Notes under the pieces: generated by a model
The model's input: only the letters and a program-made list of their open reading frames with translations
Told to the model about the DNA's origin: nothing
The model's database searches: none
Translations under genes and position numbers: made by a program
From: a virus
IMG/VR virus record: IMGVR_UViG_648276708_000003
Length of the DNA: 64,000 bases
Direction: 5' to 3' (one strand)
Shown here: positions 28,218 to 37,064 of the stretch, piece after piece
Position numbering within the stretch: position 1 is the stretch's first letter
How the letters are laid out: each line of letters opens with the position of its first letter

Positions 28218-29507
28218 ATGACTACACTCGCTCCACTCCAGCAGCTGCAAAATCTCCCTGTATGCAACGTCGATGACGATGTTCTGCACCAGGCGTTTGT
28301 CACCGCTTACAGCCAGCTTAATTCCATCCGTAAACGCCTGACGCTTGATGACCTGGAGCTGCGCCTCCTTGATAACTGCACGAACGCTCTGGAGCAGATC
28401 CAGATCGATATCGGCATGCGGCTCAATCATGAGGCTGACACCTACAACCTGCTATTAGACGCACTGGAGCAGGTACAGCAGCAGCTGGGTGCGCAGTCCG
28501 CACTGGTCAACGAAGTAACAAAAATTCGTCTCGATGCCGAGAACGCCATTGAAGATGCCCGTGAGGCGGCTACTCAGAGGGTGCTGGAGGCGGACAACCG
28601 CGTAATTAATGCAGAGAATCAGCTTGAGGGTATCAGGTCTGCCCTGACCACCGCGCAGCTGGCGTTTACCTCTGTCTCACAGGAATATGAACAGTATCGC
28701 CGCAAGAATCCTGAGCGCCTGGCGCGAGACCTGAATGAGCGTGACAAAACCATTTCACAGCTGCGCGCCGATCGCAAAAAAGACAGCCTTAAGCGGCAGG
28801 AGTTACAGATCAAACTCAACATCGCGGATAAGGTTGTCGGAGAAGAGCGCCGCCAGCGCGCCGCGACGGCCAATGACCTGATGAAGACTACCGCTCTTTA
28901 TAACCACCTGAAGGAGCGTGTCGAGTTTCATGATGGCCGGGAAGATGTGCAGCAGTTCCTTCTTCAGCTGCCGGATGGCTCTGGCGACGTGGGCTGCTAC
29001 ATCTACAACTTCCACTTTGGCCTGAGCGTTTTCCACGGTGTTCGGGACGTGTCTATCGAGACGGCTGATTTCCACTTCCAGATCCGTACCGCGATGATGC
29101 TGGCAATGGACGTGGTGCCGGGAATATGGGGCAATCCGGTCTTCCGCCTGCTGCCTGAGCTTGCGCCGATGTGGGACACGGCTATCAATGACGAGCTGCA
29201 CACACGGATCATGAAGCGCCTGGCGCAGGATTTCCCGCGTCTTCACCAGCGCATTCTTGACGGCAAGGCTGCGCCTGTTTCCGAGCTGGCCATACCGACA
29301 CGCCTCCTTAACGTTCTGACAAAGGCCGGGTATGAGACGGTTGCAGATGCTGGTGGTGAGTTACCTGACGAGCTGGCAAAAGTGAGGGGGCTGAGTGAGG
29401 CCTCAGCGATTGAAATTCGTGCTGCCGTGAACAGCTGGTGCATAAAGTGGGCGCAGGCGAACGGCGACATTGAGAACATCAGAAACCCCAAAGTAAAGCG
29501 CCGCTAA
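28218..29507 (+). CDS. Coiled-coil protein with C-terminal RNAP alpha-CTD-like domain
   Basis: Long heptad region; APVSELAIPTRLLNVL..AG..TV.D...L.KVRGLSEASAIEI. Confidence 0.7.
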   Translation: MTTLAPLQQLQNLPVCNVDDDVLHQAFVTAYSQLNSIRKRLTLDDLELRLLDNCTNALEQIQIDIGMRLNHEADTYNLLLDALEQVQQQLGAQSALVNEVTKIRLDAENAIEDAREAATQRVLEADNRVINAENQLEGIRSALTTAQLAFTSVSQEYEQYRRKNPERLARDLNERDKTISQLRADRKKDSLKRQELQIKLNIADKVVGEERRQRAATANDLMKTTALYNHLKERVEFHDGREDVQQFLLQLPDGSGDVGCYIYNFHFGLSVFHGVRDVSIETADFHFQIRTAMMLAMDVVPGIWGNPVFRLLPELAPMWDTAINDELHTRIMKRLAQDFPRLHQRILDGKAAPVSELAIPTRLLNVLTKAGYETVADAGGELPDELAKVRGLSEASAIEIRAAVNSWCIKWAQANGDIENIRNPKVKRR

Positions 29508-29524
29508 CCCCTCCTTTCATGCTT

Positions 29525-29583
29525 TGAAAATCTAAGAGTTTTCTTAGATTTTCATTGCTTAATTACTCCGTTTTGTGTACATT
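29525..29583 (+). promoter_or_regulatory. Palindromic C1-like operator and adjacent sigma70 promoter
   Basis: TGAAAATCTAAGA-GTTT-TCTTAGATTTTCA (13-bp arms), then TTGCTT-17-TACATT. Confidence 0.7.
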
Positions 29584-29935
29584 CCTCCCCGCTGACAAGA
29601 GCTTTACGGCTCCGTGCAAAAATCATAATAGGCATTTGGCGGATTACTCATAACTGTCTGTTTAATCCGCTCTTTTTTCACAAATCAGAGTCTATTCCAG
29701 AGTAGGCTTTGCTGTGTGTAGTAGGGTTTTTGCCCCGGTAGTTTCCGGGCTTTTTTTCAGGTTCAGCCGTGAGCGCATCAGGGTGTGCTGACGGCTGAAA
29801 CGGGGAAAACGCTTTAGCAAGCGAGGCAAACGCACTGCAAATCTGGCGAGGTTTCCTGACCTCATACGTGACGCAAGCGGGCAGGTTGACCAGATACCTA
29901 AGTGTCCGCGCCGGGTATGCACCGGCAAGTATTCA

Positions 29936-30008
29936 GCATGGGTAGCGAAGAGGCCGAACGCAGAAGTTGTTAAGTCCGCCGCCGGTTCAAATCCGGCCCC
30001 ATGCACCA
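29936..30008 (+). tRNA. Degenerate tRNA (Asn-GTT-like) with broken anticodon stem
   Basis: Acceptor GCATGGG/CCCATGC plus ACCA, T arm GCCGG-TTCAAAT-CCGGC, loop TTGTTAA; anticodon stem mismatched and short. Confidence 0.55.
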
Positions 30009-30485
30009 GTTCGTAACGGGCCGCCCCGGTTATTACCTTTTCCGGGTGTGTTATGAGTAGGGTGAACGGCAAGTAGCCCCTCCTGTCATGGCAGTGAACG
30101 CGGTTGATGGACTAATCCCGCGCAAAGAATGCCCCATGAGGCTTAAACACGTACCCGCCTGATCCTCGTAAGGGATCACTATTTGTGAGCGTGCTGGTGC
30201 TTCTGTTGTTTTACTGGCGTTTGGCGAAAGATTACCTCTGTCAGCGCGCTCACAAATGGGGGAATGCGGCTATGCGCACGCGGGACGGAACAGTTACCTG
30301 ACGTTTTGCAAATTCCTTTACATGACCCGTCCGTAGATTCCGTAACGGACAGCTGGTGGCACCAGCCCCCCATGCACTACACGTCAACACCAGGCGAAGC
30401 CCTGTTTACTGGCTAATTTGGCTGGTGGCAGAGCAGGTCAGCGGCAGACCTTAACAGTTCGTGACGGCTGGGAAAGACCAGCCCA

Positions 30486-30559
30486 TAACGGCGAGGACAC
30501 TGAAAGGTGACTTTAATGAACACCTGGCGCGTGGTTGCTCAGTGTTCTCGACCGTTGTG
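30486..30559 (+). repeat. Long-hairpin motif, copy 1
   Basis: AACGG-CGAGGACACTGA..TCAGTGTTCTCG-ACCGTTGTG. Confidence 0.5.
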
Positions 30560-30748
30560 GTGATCGCTTTAACACACCGTAGGAGTTGTGGATTCGGAAT
30601 CCACGGGGCGAAAGCCTTGTCTGTGAATTAACACTGGCGGTCAGCGATGGGCTGCGAAAGCAAAGCGGGTTTAAGTCCCGCCTCATTGAACAATCGCGCT
30701 AACGGAAAACGGTCACAACAACCCCATTCCCCCACGGCAGGATGCGAT

Positions 30749-30877
30749 ATGTCGTTATCAGAGTTTGCTGCAGAGCACCCGTTCCTCACTGTGATTTATG
30801 CGCTGGTGGCCATCTATGCCATCGAGACATTTATTAAGGCGGTAAGAGGCGGCAGGAAGAAGCAGCGCCGCAAATAG
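30749..30877 (+). CDS. 42-aa single-TM peptide with basic tail
   Basis: MSLSEFAAEHPFLTVIYALVAIYAIETFIKAVRGGRKKQRRK; AGGA upstream. Confidence 0.5.
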   Translation: MSLSEFAAEHPFLTVIYALVAIYAIETFIKAVRGGRKKQRRK

Positions 30878-30884
30878 AGCACAC

Positions 30885-30934
30885 CAACAGGAAAGAGCAT
30901 TGGACTAGGTATGATCAGTGCTCTATCCGTTGTG
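30885..30934 (+). repeat. Long-hairpin motif, copy 2
   Basis: CAACAGGAAAGAGCATTG..CAGTGCTCTATCCGTTGTG. Confidence 0.6.
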
Positions 30935-31092
30935 GTGCATTCGCAGTTGCTGCTGCGATCGCAAGACTGGCCCCCGCTTCTTCAGTCGCGTACACAGGGG
31001 TTAAAGCCGCCAGTAACTAGGTTGACCAGTCGCTTGAGAGGTTACTTGCCGGGTATGGCACCGGCCACCATAAACGTTTATGAGAGGGATAT

Positions 31093-31482
31093 ATGGATCA
31101 GGGTAAAAATCGTGTCGCTTTAGCAAGACCGCAGCCTTTAACCATTGAGCGCATAGAGAAGCATAGTGGGTTTTGCAGATACGCATTATGGGATGAAAAT
31201 GGATCCTGTATCGCCCTGGTAAGTGAGCAGGAACTGGCTGAAAGCTACGTCGTTATGGACGATGTTTCACATCTTAAACCGTATCAGCAGCGCGCCATTA
31301 TGGAGCTGAAAATACTGTCAGATATAGAAGATCAGATGATTAAAATGATGCAGGACTCACCTCATTTTCAGGAATTATCGCCCGTTGAGTCACAGCTGAT
31401 GCTGGCGCAGAGAGGGGCAATATCCCTTTGCAATAAGCTATTAGCAACACGTATTCGCGGATTTTATTTACCAGAATATTGA
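31093..31482 (+). CDS. Hypothetical protein
   Basis: GAGAGG RBS, 129 aa. Confidence 0.65.
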   Translation: MDQGKNRVALARPQPLTIERIEKHSGFCRYALWDENGSCIALVSEQELAESYVVMDDVSHLKPYQQRAIMELKILSDIEDQMIKMMQDSPHFQELSPVESQLMLAQRGAISLCNKLLATRIRGFYLPEY

Positions 31483-31669
31483 GGCGCTATTTCTGGCATG
31501 ATCAGGGTAAGACAGCCAGCTAATCCGGACGCAACACGCATGAGTGACAGCACCTACACAAAGACCATCAGAGCCATGCAGTTTGCCATGTTTCATTGCC
31601 TGCTTAATGCCGGACTTTTTGCCGGTCATAAATGGCTTATTTCGCAGCTGGTGGCAGGCTGAGACAGGA

Positions 31670-31709
31670 CAACAGGTAAGAGCGCCTGCAAAGCGCTTTT
31701 ACCGTTGTG
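31670..31709 (+). repeat. Long-hairpin motif, copy 3
   Basis: CAACAGGTAAGAGCGC-CTGCAAA-GCGCTTTTACCGTTGTG. Confidence 0.6.
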
Positions 31710-31747
31710 TTGTCGCTTAACGGAAGCAACCGCCGTTCCATTGAATA

Positions 31748-31810
31748 GCTGTAAAGCCTGATGGGGACAGACGGACGGTAGCCGGTTCGAATCCGGACAG
31801 CACAATGCCA
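31748..31810 (+). other. tRNA-like element
   Basis: GCTGT/ACAGC stem, CCGG-TTCGAAT-CCGG T arm, downstream CCA; not a canonical cloverleaf. Confidence 0.35.
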
Positions 31811-31944
31811 TTACAGCCACCCGGCCACGCGCCGGCGCAGGCTTCAAATTATCGCCGTGCGTATCCTACGCCGGATTTAACCAGGTGAGATTTAATCACC
31901 GGCACCTGCCGGGGATTCTGCACGCCTGCAGGAAGAGAAAACGC

Positions 31945-32172
31945 ATGAAGAAGATCGCACTGATGGGCGCAATTATGGGAAGCCTCAGCTGGATAGCCCG
32001 CCGTCCGCCAACCGTTCCGGTCCTGCAGGTAAGAACGCTGCTGGTGGCAGAGACCCGGCCACCCGTGCAGGAAGAGATAGAACAGGGAATACGTCGTTTG
32101 GCCACAGACATTACAGGCATGAAAAAGCAGAGACAGGCAACGCAGAAGCGCAAGCAGAAACGAGGCTACTGA
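31945..32172 (+). CDS. Small basic hypothetical protein
   Basis: GGAAGAG RBS before ATG 31945. Confidence 0.55.
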   Translation: MKKIALMGAIMGSLSWIARRPPTVPVLQVRTLLVAETRPPVQEEIEQGIRRLATDITGMKKQRQATQKRKQKRGY

Positions 32173-32174
32173 TA

Positions 32175-32759
32175 ATGATGACCGCTCAACAGTTAAACGC
32201 AACCATCGCCATGATTGCAGACGCACAAGCCGACTATGCAGGCGATTACATGGCGCTGCTGACCGTGTTCGAACGCCTCGGATATGCCATTACAGAGACG
32301 TCTGAGACCAAAACTGACGGATACGCAGCCGTTATCAGCAAAAGCGGCCTGACAATGACCGGTTTTGGCGAAACCCTGAACCACGCCGCCTGTGCCGCGC
32401 TGATTAAGCTGAATGATCTTATCCTGCGTAACGAAGCGATGATTGATACCGGCGAACTGAGTTTCAGGCAGGAGCAAGCACCGCTGGCCGTCGCGCAGCT
32501 GTGGCTGTCAGAGGGCTGCAAAGTGGCGCGGGCAGTATGGGGGAAGGGCGTTCATCTGCGCCTCACCAGAGGGCTGACACGCGCAGCGCTGAATGGATCA
32601 GACATGTATGGCGTACCGGCCCGCTACTTTGATTGCAGCCAGGATGTGGCCGTAACGCAGATGCCCCAGCTTTTGCTCATTGATACCGAAAAGCTAACGG
32701 TTTCCGACTGGGCGCCAGCCTCAACGGATCTTCTCGCAAGCGACTGGAGGCTGGTGTAG
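32175..32759 (+). CDS. ABA-sandwich-like N-terminus fused to DUF2829/Tad2-like domain
   Basis: L.EGCKVAR.VWGKGVHL..W.PASTDLLASDW.LV. Confidence 0.7.
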   Translation: MMTAQQLNATIAMIADAQADYAGDYMALLTVFERLGYAITETSETKTDGYAAVISKSGLTMTGFGETLNHAACAALIKLNDLILRNEAMIDTGELSFRQEQAPLAVAQLWLSEGCKVARAVWGKGVHLRLTRGLTRAALNGSDMYGVPARYFDCSQDVAVTQMPQLLLIDTEKLTVSDWAPASTDLLASDWRLV

Positions 32760-33157
32760 TGGAAACAGTTAAAATCAGTGACCTGGCAGCGCTGGAATGG
32801 CGCGCTGCTAACTGCCAAATTACGTCTGTCTCCTGTAAACGCAGTTATCCCAGTGCCGGTACAGAAACTTCGGCTATGATCGTCGGCGGCACGGTGACGC
32901 TCGAGCTCCGAAAGAACTGTGGTGTGCGTTTCGCATGGCGGGCAGAGCAGCTGGTGGAGCATTTCGGTTCTACTCCCGGATTTTCCTACAGCGTAGACGC
33001 CGCGAAAGCCGGTACATCTCAGGAACTGATTTTTGTGGGTGATGCAGGGGTACATGTGCCATTAAGCGATTACAGCGCAGTCATCCTGCAGTTAGGAAGT
33101 GACATAGTAACTTTGTGGTCCCCAACCGTCAGCCACTTCCTGAGAAGCCTCCGCTGA
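32759..33157 (+). CDS. Hypothetical protein
   Basis: Coupled to upstream stop. Confidence 0.6.
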   Translation: METVKISDLAALEWRAANCQITSVSCKRSYPSAGTETSAMIVGGTVTLELRKNCGVRFAWRAEQLVEHFGSTPGFSYSVDAAKAGTSQELIFVGDAGVHVPLSDYSAVILQLGSDIVTLWSPTVSHFLRSLR

Positions 33158-33459
33158 CAGCCTGATACATGTTCGACCGGGTGAAGATGCTCACCCGGCA
33201 CCTGCAGCAATCCACACATCGCATAAACTCTAAGTAAAAAAATCGGGTTTACCGTGATAATCCCCCTTAAAACTATATTTAAGGCGGTCCGGATTCGCGG
33301 TATCAAGCGTACTGAAATGCACTGCCAGTACTGCGATCGTCATTCACTGATACAGCCACCAGCCAGTTTAGGCATGCGCCATTCGTCCCCGGAATCGTCT
33401 CTAAAACGCGCTTATACCTGCTAATAATGGCGATATTTAAACCATTACCACTTGTGCTA

Positions 33460-33479
33460 ATTATACAATCCTTAGAATT
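33460..33479 (-). promoter_or_regulatory. Candidate C1-like operator upstream of lpa
   Basis: Minus strand AATTCTAAGGATTGTATAAT; P1 lpa is C1-controlled. Confidence 0.6.
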
Positions 33480-33508
33480 GCTTGTAGTAAAAACAAGCGG
33501 AGCAGTAT

Positions 33509-33916
33509 ATGGAGCAAAAGGTGAGCAGTATAGAGGTGGCCGATCTGTTGATTCGCAGGAAGGACTACATGACAGTGGCCGAAGTCACTAAGCTGGTGGA
33601 AACGGAATACCCGCACCTGTTGGTGAACACCGGCATTATCTCGAATATCCTGCGCTCCTTTGTCCGTTCGCCGTTCGCACAATGCCGGGTACATCCCGAT
33701 GCCTATCCCCGGCAGTATCGCCTGGAGGCCATGAACGGCTACATCTTCAAGGTGCGGGGAAGAAAGGATCTGAATTACGACTCGCTGTGTGTGGAAAGCG
33801 CCACAAAGCGTGTGCTGCAGAAGAAGGAAATGGAACAGCTGTCGGTATGCGCGCTGGCGCGGCAACTGATGGATATGTGCAGACGGGGAAGGATGGAAAA
33901 TGCCCCGCTCATGTGA
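33509..33916 (+). CDS. lpa: Late promoter activator Lpa
   Basis: S.EVA.L.I...Y.TV.EVT.LV..EYPHL.V...LR.FVRSP.A.C..PR.YRL matches recalled P1 Lpa; upstream of pacA. Confidence 0.8.
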   Translation: MEQKVSSIEVADLLIRRKDYMTVAEVTKLVETEYPHLLVNTGIISNILRSFVRSPFAQCRVHPDAYPRQYRLEAMNGYIFKVRGRKDLNYDSLCVESATKRVLQKKEMEQLSVCALARQLMDMCRRGRMENAPLM

Positions 33917-33931
33917 ACGGGGCAGAGCGGC

Positions 33932-34474
33932 TTAGCCTGAAACTCTGTGGCGTTGCAGCTTTAAGGCGCTTGATGTAACACCTTTGGGTGCTTCTTCTAC
34001 GCGCTTGGATGAATTGTCATCCGGATTATGAGTAACGCTAACCGCCTCCGGCTGACTCTCGGCCTGTGCTGGTTGAGCGGCTTCGCTGGAAGGATTATCG
34101 GCCTGTGCCGGTTGAACCTTTTCAGCTGGTGGCGCTGCAACGACAGCGGCGGCTGGTTCTGCCACTGGTGCCTGTACCGGCTGCATACCCGGCGTCGGTG
34201 GAGTGGTTTCACCCAGCGTAACGCTGATTAGCGAAAGCAGGCGCTGCAGCCGTTCACGCTTGGTCATGGTCATGAACGTATCAGCATACGTCTCTTCCAT
34301 CAGCGCGAGGATAGGCGCAAGGCCCATCATTTCGACTGCATAGCCCGATCGAATGACGTTAATCACAAAGGCGCGCTTTGCGGGATTCGTCTTCAGCTTG
34401 TTGTAGTCTTCGAGCATAGAGCGGCTGAACAGCCCGCCTTCCTCCAGCCCGGTAAATTTAATCACCTGTGCCAT
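33932..34474 (-). CDS. ParR/StbB-like partition adaptor
   Basis: Directly downstream of parM; small N-domain plus Pro/Ala-rich tail. Confidence 0.5.
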   Translation of the reverse strand: MAQVIKFTGLEEGGLFSRSMLEDYNKLKTNPAKRAFVINVIRSGYAVEMMGLAPILALMEETYADTFMTMTKRERLQRLLSLISVTLGETTPPTPGMQPVQAPVAEPAAAVVAAPPAEKVQPAQADNPSSEAAQPAQAESQPEAVSVTHNPDDNSSKRVEEAPKGVTSSALKLQRHRVSG

Positions 34475-34476
34475 AG

Positions 34477-35604
34477 TTAGCCCTTCTCGTTGGTCCGGCT
34501 ACGGATATCGCTTACAGACGCCGCACTGCTGATATCAGCCAGAATATCGGCCTCTGAGGCCTGCAGCGCCAGATAGACGCCACGCGCAATAGCCATTTCA
34601 GGGTTATTCGGCACAACAACAACATCATGCCAGCCAGCGGTGTGATCGGTCAGTCCTGACAGCTTGCCAGCGATGTAGTTAGCACCGCCGCCAACAACCA
34701 GAACAACGTCAACATCGCGGGTATTACGGTGCAGCGCACGCACGTCCTGCCAGATTTTCTCTGCCAGCTCAGATGCGGCCTGATTGATGACTTCACTGAT
34801 ATCAATACGCTTCGATTTAGCGCTTTCCAGACGGGAGCCGATATAGCCCTGACGAATGATGGCATCAACGCTATCAACGCTGAGATCGGATGCACCGAAC
34901 GATTTACCCAGCTTTTCTTCAAACTCAGGCAGCAGCGCATGGACACGCTCGATCATCTTCTGAACGCCGTGCTCATAACTGGCCTTTTTCACAGGCATCA
35001 GGTCTTTATCTACCAGGGCGATATCACAGGTAAAGCGTCCCAGGTCCACTACCAGCGTCTGCTCAGCGTCAGCCAGCTCCGGATTATCAGCCTGTGCCGA
35101 AACGATGGCAGGAACGGCTTCAGGGAATACTTCGACGTGAATGATGTTAGCCGGTTCGCTGCCGTCGCGGTAATTGGTGACAGACGTCTTCAGGCTGGCA
35201 ACCTTCTCACGGATACGGGCTTCGTTAATCACACCCATAGCGCTGTAGAACTGATTCACCGGCAACGTTTCACCAATGATCACATCACGCCCGCCGAGGC
35301 CAGCACGGTGCAGTGCATCGGCAATCAGGACGCGGTGAGCGGGTGAGACCTGATAGTTAGGGTCGCAGGTGTCATACAGGTCATAGCCTTTCTTCATGAC
35401 GGTGTAGGCGCGCTCTTTGCCGCTGGCATCCGTTGTCAGCCACGTTGACTGTGATTCAGCCGCGAAAGACTGCTGGTGGCCCTCCAGTATCAGTGAAGGG
35501 GTAACAGAGGTGATCCAGCGCCCTGTGCCTTCCTCAGCATAAGTCAGTGCTACGTTGCCAGAGCCTGCGTCTACTGCCACTAAAACAGCTTTATTCTTAG
35601 TCAT
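34477..35604 (-). CDS. parM: ParM/StbA actin-like partition ATPase
   Basis: VAVDAGSGNV, V.VFPEAV.A, VVDLGRFTCD, LVVGGGA. Confidence 0.9.
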   Translation of the reverse strand: MTKNKAVLVAVDAGSGNVALTYAEEGTGRWITSVTPSLILEGHQQSFAAESQSTWLTTDASGKERAYTVMKKGYDLYDTCDPNYQVSPAHRVLIADALHRAGLGGRDVIIGETLPVNQFYSAMGVINEARIREKVASLKTSVTNYRDGSEPANIIHVEVFPEAVPAIVSAQADNPELADAEQTLVVDLGRFTCDIALVDKDLMPVKKASYEHGVQKMIERVHALLPEFEEKLGKSFGASDLSVDSVDAIIRQGYIGSRLESAKSKRIDISEVINQAASELAEKIWQDVRALHRNTRDVDVVLVVGGGANYIAGKLSGLTDHTAGWHDVVVVPNNPEMAIARGVYLALQASEADILADISSAASVSDIRSRTNEKG

Positions 35605-35735
35605 TTAATTTTATCCAGTGGTTAATTTCATACTGCGAACGAGCAATCAAAGTACCACATATTCCGGTTTTGTCCATTAGTAAGGGACCAAAACGGCGCG
35701 TTAGCTGCGCTAGTGATCATTAATGTGATCACTGC

Positions 35736-35756
35736 AAATTACAGACTCCATAACAT
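35736..35756 (+). promoter_or_regulatory. Candidate late promoter (pacAB)
   Basis: AAATTACAGACTCCATAACAT. Confidence 0.65.
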
Positions 35757-35789
35757 CCCGGTTTATTGGCCTCTTTTGAACGATAAACC

Positions 35790-37064
35790 ATGTCCAAAGT
35801 TAACTGGGATGACCACAGAAAAGCCTTCATCGAGCAGAAGGCGCAGAACGGGATAACCGTCAAAGAGTACTGTGAGCACTACGGTCTGCCGTTTAACACC
35901 GCACGCCGGGAGCTGAACGGCAAAGCGCTGGCCGCAATGTGTGATCAGGCTGGTGATCACAATCATGATCATTCGAGTGATCACGCTTCTGATCATCAAA
36001 ATGATCACGCCAGGCAAGAAGACCTGATCATCCGCCGAAACGGGCGCAAAGTCAGGCACAGCGCGGCTTTAGAGGGGGTGCTGGAACCACGCGCTGACGC
36101 AGCAGCGCAACCTGGCGGGAAGAAAAAGCCCAATGCTTCACATGCCAAAAAGATCATAAATGCCGGTGATCAGGATTCCGGGCGCCCGAAGCACATCCCA
36201 AAGCCTCGCGGGGAGGGAAAACCGTTTGAGGAAGGGCATGAAACTAAGCTGGTGGCCAACCGGCGCGGCTACCCGCGGCCGGAGGATTACGAATCAGCAT
36301 TAGAGGTACTGGGCGAGGGCGTGGAAGCCAGCGCCATGACGGTGCTGTTTGACTCGCTGGCTCACATGGACCTGCTGAAGCGCACCACGGCGCGGGCGGT
36401 CGAACTGTTTGAGCTGGAAGCCAGTAACCTGAAGAACGGCGGCAAAAAGGAGGATGACGAAGGCGGCGGCGGGCCACACCCCATCCTCAAGATGACCAAA
36501 CTGATGATCGAGGTCGGTTATCTGGTTAATGACCACGCTACGCGGGTGGCGGCGATCGCCAGCGGCACCGACAAGAACCGGCGCGACAATGAGAAGCATG
36601 CACTGACGCATAACGCCGGTGAGGTGATTAGCCGCGCCTACCAGCTGCGCGAGGAAAAGGACTGGGATTTACTGGAGACGGCCGAGTACATCGAGCGGCA
36701 CGGTATCAAACTGCCTGAGTCACTATCCAGACGCCTTGAGAACGAGCTCAAGAACGCCGAACCGCCAGTAGATGACAGCGGCGCGGTCACTGAGGACGAA
36801 CTGGACCGGGATGCGCGGAAATTCCGTGAGCAGCAGGCCACCAGCGCGGCCTTTGTAGAGGAACGCCGCGCTGCGGTCGCTGCGCTGGTGGATGGCGGGG
36901 GATTCGGTGACGTCCAGGCGGACGGAGAGAACCGCGCCGGCGAAACAGCGGGCGAGGGTAATCTCAGTGGCAACTTTGACTTTATGGCCACGGCAGAGCT
37001 GTACGGAGACGATGACGATATCCCGCCTGATATAGACGTCATACAGGGCGAGGACGACGCCTGA
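35790..37064 (+). CDS. pacA: Terminase small subunit PacA
   Basis: W..HR..F...G.TVKEYCE.YGL.FNTARREL HTH; internal GATC array; upstream of pacB. Confidence 0.85.
   Translation: MSKVNWDDHRKAFIEQKAQNGITVKEYCEHYGLPFNTARRELNGKALAAMCDQAGDHNHDHSSDHASDHQNDHARQEDLIIRRNGRKVRHSAALEGVLEPRADAAAQPGGKKKPNASHAKKIINAGDQDSGRPKHIPKPRGEGKPFEEGHETKLVANRRGYPRPEDYESALEVLGEGVEASAMTVLFDSLAHMDLLKRTTARAVELFELEASNLKNGGKKEDDEGGGGPHPILKMTKLMIEVGYLVNDHATRVAAIASGTDKNRRDNEKHALTHNAGEVISRAYQLREEKDWDLLETAEYIERHGIKLPESLSRRLENELKNAEPPVDDSGAVTEDELDRDARKFREQQATSAAFVEERRAAVAALVDGGGFGDVQADGENRAGETAGEGNLSGNFDFMATAELYGDDDDIPPDIDVIQGEDDA
35942..36030 (+). other. pac site
   Basis: TGATCA at 35942, 35954, 35966, 35978, 35990, 36002 (12-bp period) and 36025; another at 36167. 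Confidence 0.8.

Larger units (their letters stand above)
29590..30720 (+). ncRNA. ORF-poor, densely structured region (candidate ncRNA cluster)
   Basis: More than ten hairpins, three T-arm-like motifs, no convincing ORF. Confidence 0.45.

Noticed and set aside
28139-29551. Exact 20-bp inverted repeat flanking the alpha-CTD gene as an invertible segment
   Set aside because: Both copies fit the recurrent operator motif and sit at promoters; no invertase in the window. Read mapping could still test it.
29525-29554. 13-bp-arm palindrome as a second lox site
   Set aside because: Spacer is 4 bp, not 8, and the arms are unlike pox
29692-30072. 126-aa minus-strand ORF
   Set aside because: Antisense to the tRNA-like and hairpin region; no RBS or protein motif
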